Shown in pieces: positions 1 to 14,337 of a stretch of DNA of 64,000 bases. The position numbers and the translations under genes were made by a program. Position 1 is the stretch's first letter. Each line of letters opens with the position of its first letter. The notes below the pieces were generated by a model, which saw only the letters and a program-made list of their open reading frames with translations, searched no databases and was not told the origin of the DNA. The stretch comes from Oikopleura dioica (lineage: Eukaryota > Animalia > Chordata): assembly GCA_907165135.1 (NCBI GenBank), contig OU015569.1, positions 7,130,001 to 7,194,000 on the forward strand. The letters run 5' to 3'.

Positions 1-317
1 CCCTTTTCGCTCTGCATCGACTTTTTGGAAAATAAAGTCCCATCACATATTGAGTCTTTTCGATTTGCTAGAAGTGATATGCATAGGGCTAGCAAATCGG
101 AACGGTCTGAGCTGTCCCTTTCGAATCATATCCGCTTTGGAATAAAGTCCTAAATTTCATAATCAATGATCTTTAGTTGAATTTTCTCTCGTGCAATCGC
201 ACGTGATTTCTATTTTAGCTCTTGTATAATTTCGGAATAATGATCGAATGACCGACAATATTGATAAAGTATCCAAATTGTTATCTTTCGAGGAAATTGC
301 GATGTTTTCTGAAGATT

Positions 318-1780
318 TTAGCAATGAAGCTGTTGTTTTTCGTTTTCTGCTAGGATTAAGTCGAGTAAAAGGTTGGGATCGATTTGGCTTTGAATAGCGG
401 AGACTTGACGTTGTCGCAGTAACGTTGTTAGTGGCAACGTACTCAATTTTCTAGGCTGTGTGTGAAGTCCTCCGTCTGTAAAATCGAGCAATATACCCAT
501 AAAATTGCGAAAACATATTGAAAGTGCGGATATAACATGCCGAGCCTGGCGCCTTGTGTAATTGGAACGATGCGCCAGCTGATTGAAGATCGCAAGGTCA
601 CCCGTCTAAAATTCTCACGCTCCAAAACGTTCCTTCCTTCGCTGCGCCATTTTCCCGTTCGAAAATGCAGATTCAACTTTGACTCTTCAGCCATGAAAAT
701 AAGAAAATTGAACGCTTCCTCTTTTCACCGTGAAGCTGCTTTGGCGATTTTTAAATAGATAATCAAGATGTCTGGTGCCTTAATCCGATTAGTAGTACTC
801 GCTAAGTGAGAAGCATCATCTGGCAACTCACGTGGCTGCAATTCGCGTGTACATAGGATTTTACACTTTGCTCACGTTTTCTACTACAGAAGCGTTCAAA
901 AACAATTATAGCACAGTGGAAAAAATATTCCACAATCTCTTCCGGGGAAAATAGGTCTTATTTGCGGAGAAAACAATCAGTGTCAAGTGACGGAAGCATA
1001 TTTTCTCTCGGTGGGATAGTATTCTCCGTGACCTACTTTGACGAGAGCTCTGAGTGTTGCTGTGCGGCAACACCTTCAAAATCAGTCCAATTGTTATTGC
1101 CAGGTTCTTCGGAATTTGCAGAACTGTGAATGCTCCCATGAAAGAATAGGAAAGTCGGGGGTCCTTACTTTAAGTTATTCGTTATTGAAATAAGCAAAAT
1201 TTACTTTTAACTGACACTTTTTCTGGATTTTAGACCTTGGATTTACTGTAATGGGATTTGTCTTTTATGTTTCTCAAGGAAAAATTTGTGAGAGCAAGTT
1301 TTTATCGTAACTAGATTTGTGCTACACTTTCTTTTCTGAGAAGGTACTACGGCATGCGTAATCTGAAAAAAGACATCAACTTTGGTAGTCTAGTGTTCTC
1401 ATAAACGATGTTGAAGTCAGTTAAAGTTGAATATTAGCGCTTAATGCAATGTCATCGATCAATGGAACTCGATGAGAAAGAGTCAAATCGAGTTGCAACC
1501 GAAGTCAATTTAGCAGTCTCCGTCGGCAATGACTCGAGCTACTTGTAGTGTTTGGTTCAGTCTAAATTTGGAATAATTGATAAGAGAGATAGTCTGAGAA
1601 GCAAATAAGTCGGAGAAATAATCGGCGTGAAAACGAGCGAGCATAAAATTGAGGGCGCTGTACTCCCTGGCGCCATCACCGCGTTCTTCAAATGCAGCGG
1701 CGAAGACGAACTTCACTCCTTTTTAAACCCAACAAGCCAGGAGCATCTACACTGCGTCGTTTGAAAAGTACGTAGAGAAA
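318..1780 (-). other. possible exons of an uncharacterised minus-strand gene
   Basis: Several short protein-like open stretches (318-500, about 990-1170, 1510-1716) separated by AT-rich segments; no recognisable family. Confidence 0.2.
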
Positions 1781-1850
1781 AGCTAAAAAGCCGGAAGCAT
1801 ATAATTCCAAAGCGTCTTCCAAAACGAAGCGGATCGCAGTTCATCGAGAG

Positions 1851-2750
1851 ATGCCGGAGAAACAAAAACGCACAAATCAGCTTGTAAAGAGTAGATCTTA
1901 CGAACTTCCGATTTTCCGAGGTAAGAAAGGAATCAAAAGTTACTCTTTTACTATGTTTTGTTAACTTGCTGGGTTAGAATATTATAGGTTTTCACATGGG
2001 AAGAGTTATTATATTGTACTGTACATTGCGATTCGTGTTGTAACAGTTCGCTGTCTATAAATTCAATCTATAAACTTCGGAACTTACTCTTTCGCGTTTC
2101 GATATAAGATCCCGTAGTAGATTATCCAAAATTATAGCGAGTAACGTTAAGATCACCAAAAAATTGCGCCGCGAATGGCAAATTAGGGCATGCGTAAGAG
2201 TTCCGCCAAGTGTGCATGCACATCTTCCTTGAATTATATGCTGTTACAAAACGTGGCAATGCAGGAGAACCGTTGCTGCTTACTTTTTGTGAAGGAATTA
2301 AAAAGAACAATTCAGATTCCCCTTCTCGGCCATTCCTTCGATCGACGACTGTTTCATCATTCGACAGCCGCTTAAATTCCGGTAAGTTGAGAGCGAAGAT
2401 AATTATTTCTCTTCCTTTGGAAATGAAAATAGTAATTTATTAATTGCACAAAGCAGCCCAATAATCAGAATATTTCAGAATTCAAAGAACCCCGCCGCCG
2501 ACCAAGTGTCAAGAAAATAACATCTGCCGCTATTTTGAAGCTCAAAGAACTTCGGTATGTTTCCGCTTTGTAAATTTTAATTGATGCCAATAATTGTAGA
2601 TTTCGATCGAAAACTCAGAAAAACGCCATGTTCCCGGAGAAACGAGTGGTTCCGCAAGACTGCGCCTGTCTAGCAGGAGATGATTTCATATCGATATCTT
2701 TGGGCGTTTCAACAAAAGCTAGAAAGCCATTCCAAGAGATCAAGAACAGA
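1851..2750 (+). CDS. possible uncharacterised multi-exon gene
   Basis: ATG at 1851 opens MPEKQKRTNQLVKSRSYELPIFR, ending at a GTAAG donor (1921); further open segments with GT donors to about 2750. No homology recognised and the exon chain was not resolved. Confidence 0.25.
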
Positions 2751-3420
2751 TGAAGAATTCCTTCTCGCTCTATTATTTATGCTGAATGTTCTGTAAATAA
2801 ATTTGATGGATAAAACAGCTAATTATTTTCGCTCTTCTAAAAAACTTCGGAAAATGATCAAAAGTATCCGTTGAAACTTTCAACTTGAAAGATTCAACTG
2901 AAAACCTAAAGATTTGAAACATGATTAGACGACAGTGCCATCGAAAAATGCATTTTGATTTGACGACGATAGCGAATACATAGACCAGGACCGATTCGCA
3001 CAGTACCGCGCAGAATTCTTATTTATTATTTCGACAATTTCAAACCTTGGTCTTCAAGAGAAAAGATTCCTCTAGGAAAAGCTGATAATTGACTGATTAC
3101 TGACAGAATAATTCTGCCTTGTGTGCTCTAACTGGGGTGAGTGATAATTTATATATTAATAATAATATTATATAATATTATAAATAACTTTTTCTACTAT
3201 ATTCGAGTCATATTATATGCTTAGAGCAATGTTCTTCGATAAGAATCAAGACCAAGACTAGAGATTAAACGAGTAAACTAAACTTGCTTTTAGGCACCAC
3301 GGGATATTGTCCTGGTCCGACTTTTTTTGCTATCGCTTTTCAATCTCCTTCCCTCTAGCGCCAATAAGGTATATAACGGCACTTGAATCACAAAAACCAT
3401 AATACAAAAATTAGTTGATC

Positions 3421-4017
3421 ATGCCCAAACGTCTTCCAAAGCAGCTCCTCCATACAACTGAACCGCAACTATTTGACGGACCAGCTTCGCGAACAAGGAA
3501 GAGAACTCGGCAACAAACTGAAGCTTCAGTTCCTGTGACCAAAAAAGCTAAACTCACTGGACTTGCCGCGATCAAGCAGCAGCCCCCAACGCAGAATCCG
3601 AACGGACCAACGAGAATTGAAGTTTCTCCACGAGTCCCAGCGCTTTTTCCATCTCCAGTGATAGAGAGGGTGTGGCAAGGAGAGTCAGTGAAGCGACGGC
3701 CTGGCCGACAACGAAAAGCGATCCCTCCTTCCCCGCTCCTTGTGAAGACTGAGCGAGACGACACTCCAAAGAGACCGCGTGCTCGACCAAGAAAGACCCA
3801 CCTCGTTTCCCCTTTGGTCCCCAAGATTGAGCCGAAAGAGCTGAACATAGAGCATCTCAGTGAGCCAGAGGATGACGAATACGAAGAAGAAATGATAACC
3901 ACAGAGTGCACGATTTTACCCCCAGAGCTGCGAGGAAATACAGTCATCCTGATCAAAGAAGAAACAGTTGTCTCATTTAAAATTTTTCCATTTGTAAAAG
4001 TCGACGATGATCTCTGA
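3421..4017 (+). CDS. uncharacterised basic, Pro/Arg-rich low-complexity protein
   Basis: About 200-aa uninterrupted ORF in AT-rich DNA, with K/R clusters (RTRKRTR, KRRPGRQRK) and an acidic patch (EPEDDEYEEE); no domain recognised. Confidence 0.45.
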   Translation: MPKRLPKQLLHTTEPQLFDGPASRTRKRTRQQTEASVPVTKKAKLTGLAAIKQQPPTQNPNGPTRIEVSPRVPALFPSPVIERVWQGESVKRRPGRQRKAIPPSPLLVKTERDDTPKRPRARPRKTHLVSPLVPKIEPKELNIEHLSEPEDDEYEEEMITTECTILPPELRGNTVILIKEETVVSFKIFPFVKVDDDL

Positions 4018-5475
4018 ACTTCGATAACTCACGTGTATATCTTCACTCTCATACCATTTTTGTACCATTACCCCAGTTTATGACAAAAAAGAACAGAAGT
4101 AATTCATTTGTACATTCTCACCTATTTGTCCTCGACTCAAATAAAGAATAATACTCGGACTTTCATGTGTATTATTTGTGGCAGAGGTTGAAAATATGCA
4201 TTCCGAGAGTTCTCAAGCCGCATCCAAATCGAATCTTAAACGTGGGAGCGCAAAAGGTTTTCTTTGCTTCAAATATTAATTCCAAATAAAATATATGTTT
4301 TCTCGCCTTTAAAGATTTTACTCCATATTTGACGATATTAAATGGCCCAACTGGGAAAGAGATGTAAGAATGCAGCGATTGAGTTGACCTTTTATTATTT
4401 GACGCGAAATAAACGAAGAGGAAGGATATACAGAGAAGAACAGTTGCACAGAGACGTGAAGCAACCACTTTCGCTTGTAACTGTAAGGTATGTTCTGGAC
4501 GCCAAATAGAGGCTATTTGCGCGATTTATATGGGTTGATATATTTATGTGGGTTCCAGTTTACTCTGGGCAATCTTCATAATTTTCAAGATTCATGGCCC
4601 GTGAATCATGGGAGAATAACATTTTGGGCAAATCTGAATAAAGCAATAAAATTTCATCTATCAATCCGAGGTACGAGTATTTTTAGCCAAAGAGTATTAT
4701 TTATTGCGTCGAAGTATGAGTTTGTTTATGGTCGAGAGTTTCGACTCGAGATGTTCAACGTTTTGAAGAGCTTTTTTTTTTCTTTGAAAAAGCTCCCTTG
4801 GATGATTTTTGATGCGCAGCCGACTGCGCAGAAGAGCCTTCGTGTCTCCTCAATTATTCAAAGAATTTACTTTTGCTACGCACGCCTGAAGCTATATTCA
4901 CTATCAACAGTCTTGCTTCCGAAAGAGAATTAACCAGGCTTTACTAAAGGTACTATCTAGTAAATAGACGAGGGCGAGCTATTTTAACTAGCAGCAGGTA
5001 AATGTCAAATACGAGTATCGCTCCGAAACGGCCACCTTAGCGTTTTTCCAACATCCGACTATTTTTTTTTTATTTCTCAAGTTTCCAAGTAACGGCTCGT
5101 CAGTACAATTAGAACTGAACAATCGCGCGTATAAGACCGATAAAGAACAAAAAATCTACCTTGGGCGCCGTGCCGGATGGTTCTTACAGAGCATACATTT
5201 TAAATCGCGAGTGTGGCCGGCGCGGTGCGAGTTCATTATTAAAAGATTCACTCGAATTAGAGCAATGCCTGATTAGCAAGCAGATCTACAGCAGCGTTAT
5301 TTTTAGGCAAATAAAATTTCTTGCTGTCTAAGGATTTCCCCGGAGACATCTAAATTCAAATTCTTTTCAAGCTGGCTCGATGCAATTGAATTTTAATTAT
5401 ATCAACCGTTGAACCTTTGATAATTTATGTAATTAAAATCTATTGCTGATTTGCTGCTTCAATAAATAACGTTAT

Positions 5476-6260
5476 TTACTGTTGCGTTTGATCATCCCTG
5501 TCAGCCGATGGAAATCGCAAGGAGTACTTCCATCCCGCGAGAATTAATCCCAAAATAATCCATACTGCTCGGACGGCAGTAATTCCCGGCTTACTCTGAT
5601 AAAAGTGATTGCCAAGCATCTTTCATGCTTTCGCAAAATGCATCCAAGGAAAGTTCAAAGCAGTTTTCAGAGTCGAACAGCGTTCTGCTTTCACTGCAGC
5701 AGCAGATGAAAAAAGCAGGGGAAATTTGAGCTTTAGAAGAATTTTTATAAAGTAAAAAGCGAAATGAAGGCCTGAATTGCTGAATTGTTTCGCTCAGAAT
5801 AGAAGGGTCGATTCGATAAATCACACGGAATTGATTGGGAATGAATTTGTTTCTCGGCATCTCGTCTGATTGATAATGAACCTGAAGAGATGTTCGCAAA
5901 TCCAACCGACCCGTTTCATTTCATCTGTCGAAGCCCTAGAGATTCACCACTTCGAACAAAAGCGAGTACTCAGTCTCTGGGCTTGCATGCGGAACCAACT
6001 GATTTTGCGTAAGAGAGAATTCGAGTTTATATAGCATCATTCAGGGCGCCATTTTCCACTGCTTTGGCAATGATCAATTTATGGAAATTAATTTTCGGAG
6101 CCGAGAGTTTTTTCTATCGAGAAGAAAACTAATCAGAGTCAACGAGGGAATTCGATACAGAATTTTACAAGGTACCTTTTTTAAGAAAAATAATGTAAAA
6201 CAGGAGACGTGAGAGATCATCGCTTTCAATTTGCGATGGGGCTTTAAATTCTGAGCAGAT
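5476..6260 (-). CDS. possible uncharacterised membrane protein (C-terminal TM segment)
   Basis: ORF 5591-5905 ends at a GTAAG donor; the downstream segment reads AVWIILGLILAGWKYSLRF...QQ-stop, a hydrophobic stretch followed by basic residues. 5' exons are uncertain. Confidence 0.3.
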
Positions 6261-7327
6261 AGAATTGTCAAACTGTCATGTTAATAAGGAAGAAATATTG
6301 CTGTATCTGCGCGTTGTAACATACGGTATATAATATACCATCTTCAGTAAATAGTATATGATATACTACTCGGCACACTCACAAAGCAGGGCCTGGATAT
6401 TAGTGTCAGCTCTTATCCGATCTAATTTGACCTGACTGTAAATGCACTTTGATGGTTCGATCGATATTTCCTCATTTTATCAGCTAATAAGGGGAGAGTC
6501 GTCGCAACCAGGCAAATTAGGGTCAACAACTTTCGTAATTAACGATCAATTTTTTCAAAAATATCTCTTTGCCCGGAAATTCTCAGTTTGAGTCGTGAAC
6601 AACCCCTACTCCAATAATATCTCGAGAAATTTTGCTCAGCAATTTGATTTTCGTTTTCCTTAGTAAAATCAACGAAGAAAGAGCGCTGGAAAAGAGCTCT
6701 GAAAATTCCGCCGCTCATCATATGAGAGTAATTTTTTCTCTGTCTGTCGGTTTTTATACTTTAATCTTGCTGGACGTAATCGCTCAAATCGGTTGATGCG
6801 CTTCTGCCCTACTCGCTATGCAAGTTGTAATATTTGCGTTTGGTGATCTTGGGTCGATGTGCTCAGCCGGATGAATAATTATTTCGTTTTCAGAAAGGCG
6901 CCTCTCTTGTGTGCGTTACGACGGAGCCACTTTTGCGACTTTTGCAGTCCGCCGCAAACAAAACGAGGAATTTACTGCGAATAAATCGACCAGTTGAGCT
7001 AGAGCTGCCTCCCAGAAAAACAAAAACGCCAAAGAAAGAGATCATTTAACGAGGAAAGAGAGAGTTATAGTAAAGAAAGAGGAATTATTCGCCGCCAAAT
7101 AAAGAAGAAGAAAACAGAACAGGAATTCATGAAACAATAATGAGCTGCAGGAAAGCGGGCATTCGTGAATAAAGCCAGCGCGACAAAGATGGTGGAACAT
7201 GAGATTCTAGTCAAAGAATACTACGAAGACCAGAAGGAACGTTTATCGAAATAGTGCATACGGGTCAAACTGTATTCAAACAAACGCCGTCTTTTTAGAG
7301 CAGATCACTTTGGAACACAAACAGTTA

Positions 7328-8053
7328 GGACGAAATAAATCATAATTAACGTGCTGGATAAAAATTTATCAAATCGAGTTAATTTTGCTTTTATCGGATT
7401 CAGCGTGTCCGAAAACCTAGGAAAAAATAGTACTTTCTGACTTCCGGCGTGAAATAGCGATAAGCGCGGCACTTCAAAAGTGAAAAGTATGTCTCTTTTG
7501 GAAATAGAATTCTAGCGATGCGTCAATGATATAAAAATTCTAATTTAACAGACTTTTAGATAATTGTCTAATCTAGTTGGGACTTTTTTAAAATCTTTAA
7601 AAAGTTAATGTTTACCCTACTTTTCAAGCGATTATGATCACCCAGTGCGCCCAGCCTCACTTTGCGTCCGCTGAACTCACGCTGGGGAGTCCCGCTTGGG
7701 ACCACGCGGACGTTGATTACTACTCGATTTTCAGATGGTTCATCTTTGAGCGCTCGAAAAGTAGGGTAGACATTAATTTTTTAAAGATTTTAAAAAAGTC
7801 CCAACTAGATTAGACAATTATCTAAAAGTCTGTTAAATTAGAATTTTTATATCATTGACGCATCGCTAGAATTCTATTTCCAAAAGAGACATACTTTTCA
7901 CTTTTGAAGTGCCGCGCTTATCGCTATTTCACGCCGGAAGTCAGAAAGTACTATTTTTTCCTAGGTTTTCGGACACGCTGAATCCGATAAAAGCAAAATT
8001 AACTCGATTTGAAAAATTTTTATCCAGCACGTAAATTACGATTTATTTCGTCC
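7328..8053. mobile_element. foldback/MITE, PIF-Harbinger (Tourist)-type signature
   Basis: Near-perfect 303-bp inverted arms (7328-7630 and 7751-8053) starting GGACGAAATAAAT, a 120-bp spacer, and TTA on both flanks (7325-7327, 8054-8056). No ORF. Confidence 0.9.
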
Positions 8054-9084
8054 TTAGCTGGCGTCTTCATATAGGACTCGAACTTCGAAGACTTATTTTG
8101 AAATGTAATCTATCCTCATTTCTGCAGTTTTTCATGCGCCCTGAAATTTATTAAAATTCAAATTTTCCGACAGGGTAAGCCTTATCTAATAACTTACGGA
8201 CAATTAATTAAAAGCAATTAGAGCGATTCTTAATTTAATCGAGAAATTCAATACTAAATAGAAAAAAGCTTACTCTGATTTTGAATAACAATGGATCGGC
8301 CGAGTAATTGGCTTTTAGTAATTTAAAATTGCGTCATTCATCTTTGCACGATTAGTCTAGATTTACTTGTATATAAAGTCTAGCAAATAACTCAACACAA
8401 TAGCTGCCAAGGACATACCCGCAATTGTCTGCCTATTCCAGGATTTGTGAAAAAAGTCGATACTTCTTCACCAGGCGTCAGTTCTACTGTCCCTGTCGAG
8501 TATACCGCAAATATCACGATTTGTGCAGATCAAATACAGATCTTATTTAAAAGTCTGCTAGGACTGCGCTTTTACGTACAGATCATAATTTCACATTGTT
8601 TAAGCAAACAGACAAATATACACCCTCTTGGCCTTTTGCTGCAGCTATTTGCCCAGGACTCGCTCTTTTTATTTACACAATTTGGCAATTTATATTTTTA
8701 TCGAAGATTTTCTCCTGCTGGCATTTCGAAAATTGCTCTCTTTAATTTTACTTGTAAGGGTATTCATGACGACCATAATTTTTCTATTTCTGTTAATTGT
8801 GAACCCAGGATGCCGGGTGATCTACTTTTGAGGTGTCCACGTGGTCATGTCCTATCTTCTGGAAATTTACAAATGCACTTTTCTAAATGATGACCGCTCA
8901 TTTACAACGGGGTAAAATGGAATTAATTTCTTCGCTTTCGTGAGCACTTTGGTGTATGCAGAATTAATTTTTTATTCGAGGGTTTCTGAATAATTTCCGC
9001 TCTTAGATAAGCTAGCTCTTGAGTTCATATATTATGATCTGTGCCTAGAGAGAGAAGTAGACGTTAAATCTACGTTTTTGATAA

Positions 9085-10742
<1,658 letters not shown>

Positions 10743-11589
10743 AAGTCAAGTATTTTTGAAAACAGTAAACCAGGTTTAGAAACGTAACCGTTAATCATCA
10801 CGAAAATGAAAGTGGCAACAAAGAGGGCAAGGATTGCTGCGTAATCTGCTAAAACCAATTGAGGAACATCCCCAGAAACATCTGCGTCACTCGCATTTAT
10901 ACTCTGACATTGAGAGTTCTTGACTGTCTTCCAATAGCTCCTGAGGGCTTTCTTAAAAACAAACTTTGAGAACTGATACGAACGAAGGTTTTTACCGGTA
11001 TGCACATTTTTACTAAAATACCTTAACTTGCGGTCCATAACTGATAGAGTCTATAATACAGACCAAAGAAAACAATTAAGCTAAGCTCAAAATTTTTATA
11101 CGAGTATCATTTTCGAAAATCTGCTGCACTGCCCCTCTCAAACGATCGAGGCCCATCAAATTCTGGTGGAGTATTCAGCACTTTTGTAAAAAAAAACGAA
11201 ACAAAGTATTCTTTTCGCTGACTACAGTTTAGATATTTAAAATTTTTTTTTATTATTTCCATGTTTTTGATTCCAGTTCATTCCTCAACAAAAAGGGGTT
11301 TCAGGTCTCTGATACTTATCTTGTTCTCTTTTATGTCTTCAAATGAACACGGATCTTCCGTTTATTTATTTTATTGGCTCAGTGTTTTTTTATTTGATAT
11401 TTAAACCTGCATTCATGAGATTCACTGAAGAACTTAACTTGCTACTTTCCAAAACTTTTATGAAAATACAGTAAAACAAAAAGAGATAATCATTCCTTAT
11501 TCTTTGTCAAAGAGAAATGGCATCCATCAGCTCACGCTTGATTTTCTTGAAGATTATATTCCTAATATCTTTAATTTGAAAAGAACATT

Positions 11590-11999
11590 AGTAATATTTC
11601 ATAATGTTGATCCTTAGAAATACCTTTCGTGGCGTCTTCTTTACTTTTGACGTAGTCCTTTGAGTATCTCTCAATTGCCGCTTCTTCGTCAATGCCGCGC
11701 ATTTTATTAAGCTAATGAATACTTTGATATTGAAAAGAACGGGGATTGGTACCGTTAACAACTGCTGAAATAGTGCTACTTCTTTCCGTTGCTCTTCTCG
11801 CATTGTCAGTTGCTTACACTTCCAAGGGATACGTCGATTTTTTATTTCCGGAAAACTCTGCTTAGAACCTCTAACAGTAAAGTTGTATCCCTTCCTTTTT
11901 CCCAAATCTGCGACGCATAACTTCGAACTTGCAAGGGTCGATATCAAAGGCGCTGGATAGAACTATCAAAAGGGCGAAAAAAGACAAAAATCTTCTCAT
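11590..11999 (-). CDS. possible small secreted protein
   Basis: ATG at 11999 opens MRRFLSFFALLIVLSSAFDIDPCKFE, a signal-peptide-like N-terminus; downstream protein-like segments (RGIDEEAAIERYSKDYVKSKEDATK). Exon chain not resolved. Confidence 0.3.
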
Positions 12000-12240
12000 C
12001 GTCTTGTATCTGTTATTCCTCTTTCCAGACTCTTGCAATATGGTAGATCATCCAGACAGTTGTTCTTATGTTGGTATGCGCCATCAAGTGATCTACTTAA
12101 GATACATAGAGTGGGAAAGATGCATGTACATGTTTAATCAGTTCAATCAGCCAATTAATGCCATACTTCTTATACACATGCAAACTAACAAATAGAATTA
12201 CAGTGGGCACCTAATTACAACCAGAGTTCGAAATCCCGCG

Positions 12241-12420
12241 TTTGCCCGGGGGAAGATACGGGCACGGGTAAGAAAGTGAAGATTCCCGAGGGCAAAAGCG
12301 GTCACGGGCAAAAAAACGAATTTTCCCGCGGGCCAAGCGGGCACGGGCACAATAAAAAATATTCCCGCGGGCAAATTCGGGCACGGGCAAGATTCCCGCG
12401 AGCTTAAACGGGCACGGGCA
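12241..12420 (+). repeat. left subterminal array of the hAT element
   Basis: About 40-bp degenerate units built on TTCCCGCGGGCAA and CGGGCACGGGCA. Confidence 0.85.
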
Positions 12421-12897
12421 GATTCAATGCACCTTACGAAAAAGTGTTTAAACTATTTAAATAGCGTGGAAATAGACACCAAATACTTGAGGGAGTATAT
12501 TGAAAACTAATCTGCATACAGAACTGTTATGACGTGCTTTTTTTAAGGTTAACGAAGTTTTCCAGCCCATTTCCGCCTTATAGAGCCCCGAACATTATAC
12601 CTTTACAAATCAACAGAAAATTTTAAGAACTTTAACGGGTCAAAATTCTAGAAAACTCCACTTCCGGTCGGTTCTAGAGCCGGAAGTTGACGTAATTTAA
12701 GTGTTATGGTGAAGTGTGACCTATCTATCTATCTTTTTCATGAAAATTTTTACAAAAATCACAAAAACTTGTCTTTTTTAAAAATTATTAGTCAGAAATC
12801 ATTTTAAAACAATGCCTAGTGCATAATAATCAGTTTCAGATAGTTTTTGGACGAAATCACCAACTAACAACTTTCAAATTTCAAGTTGGAGACTTAA

Positions 12898-13615
12898 GGG
12901 GGAGGTCGTCGAGAAAATTTTTTTCGCCTTTTCAAAATTTTGATTATATTTTTGGATTCCTCGATAAAAAAGGAGTATTTTTGGTCTCTAGCATTTTCTC
13001 AATTTGTTAACTTTTTAATGTAAAATTTTCGATTTTAAGTCTCGAACTTGAAATTTCTTGAAAATTATTAGTTGGTGATTTCGTCCAAAAACTATCTGAA
13101 ACTTATTTTTAAGGGGGAGGTCGACGAGAATCGGGATTTCCGTGACCAAAAATGCGGGAAAACCTGATCAGATAGGCCAAATCTGAATTTACTGGCAAAT
13201 AGAAAAGGGTTGAAAAAATTAACCGGCGAGAACTAGAAAAAATTTCGGTCAGAAAAAATCGGTCGAAAATCCCGTCAAAGTAGTGCCATTTTCGCGAAAA
13301 TGCACCAAAAAAGGTCATTTTTTTTACAATTTTCTAAATTTGACCCCTAAATCTCATTTTTATCAAATGATTTTTGGCTAAAAAGATTTGGGAGAATCTA
13401 TAGATTCTAAAAAGTAAGATTCATACGCAAAGTGAAATTACGATCACCCCGGAAAAAATTCTCGTCGACCCCCCCCCTTAAAATCGAAAATTTTACATCA
13501 AGAAGTTAACAAATTGAGAAAAAGCTAGGGACCAAAAATACTCCTTTTTTATCAAGGAATCAAAAAAATGTTATCAAAATTTTCAGAAGGCGAAAAATAT
13601 TCGACGAACTCCCCC
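12898..13615. mobile_element. TTAA-flanked element with about 137-bp TIRs (Kolobok-type signature)
   Basis: 12898-13034 is the reverse complement of 13482-13615; termini GGGGGAG...CTCCCCC; TTAA on both flanks (12894-12897, 13616-13619). Superfamily inferred from the TTAA TSD plus purine termini. Confidence 0.7.
13113..13477. mobile_element. inner TTAA-flanked MITE related to the outer element
   Basis: 19-bp TIR GGGGG(A/G)GGTCGACGAGAAT; TTAA at 13109-13112 and 13478-13481. Confidence 0.8.
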
Positions 13616-14100
13616 TTAATATTATATCAATTATGGTTTTTCCAACGTCAATTCTGGGTCTACATCGTTAATCCTAGCTTCACCGACTTCAATCATGGCA
13701 TCTCTAATGTGACATTAGTAATGTCAGTCCCGAGTTTTTCGACGTCAATCACGATTTCTCCAACGCGAATCCCGTTGACGTTTGAGCCACCAACATTGAT
13801 TTCTGAAAAGCTTGGATCGAAGTTGTTGAAGCCGGGACTGAAGTTGGTGAAGCCGGGATTGACTGTGGAGAAGCCAATACAACAAAGTTATATGATCAAT
13901 CAATTTAATTAATTCACATCGCCGTTTGCCCAAGTCGCCGTTTGCCCAACTTGGGGAAACGGAGACCATTCGGTCGTAGTTTCTAACTAGCTCCTAAAAC
14001 TTGCGATTTAAAAATCCGAATTGATTCAGGGTCGTTTTTATTTTATTTTCTTATTTTGAAAAATAGGCTTGAGATTTAGCAGTAGAAAAATGTTCCCCGG

Positions 14101-14337
14101 GCTGCCCTCGGGAATATTTCGTGCGGGAACGCGGGCAAACCGCCCGTGCCCGTTTATGCCCGCGGGAATCTTCTCATTCATGCCCGTGCCCGTATCTGCC
14201 CGCGGGAAAATTTGTTATAGTGCCCGTGCCCGCTTGGCTCGCGGGAAAATTCGTTTTTGTGCCCGTGACCGTTTTTGCCCCCGGGAATCTTAAATATTCT
14301 GCCCGTGCCCGCCCGCCCGCCGCCCCCTTGCCCGGGA
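14101..14337 (-). repeat. right subterminal array of the hAT element
   Basis: Repeated TGCCCGTGCCCG and GCCCGCGGGAA units, the reverse complement of the left array. Confidence 0.85.

Noticed and set aside
3140-3190. AT-only tract
   Set aside because: Short low-complexity sequence with no defined unit or flanking signature.
7631-7750. Canonical hammerhead or twister ribozyme (the minus strand has GGTCCCAAGC)
   Set aside because: No CUGANGA/GAAA core; the twister-like loop lacks the enclosing P4 and the UAA/P2 elements, and GTCCC pairs locally instead.
8447-8890. 147-aa ORF upstream of PPP1R16
   Set aside because: No ATG at the called start, composition like AT-rich noncoding DNA, and no splice or homology support.
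13568-13969. ORFs inside the hAT element as transposase or cargo gene
   Set aside because: They start within a TIR and run through degenerate inverted and tandem repeats; no DDE, BED or dimerisation motif.
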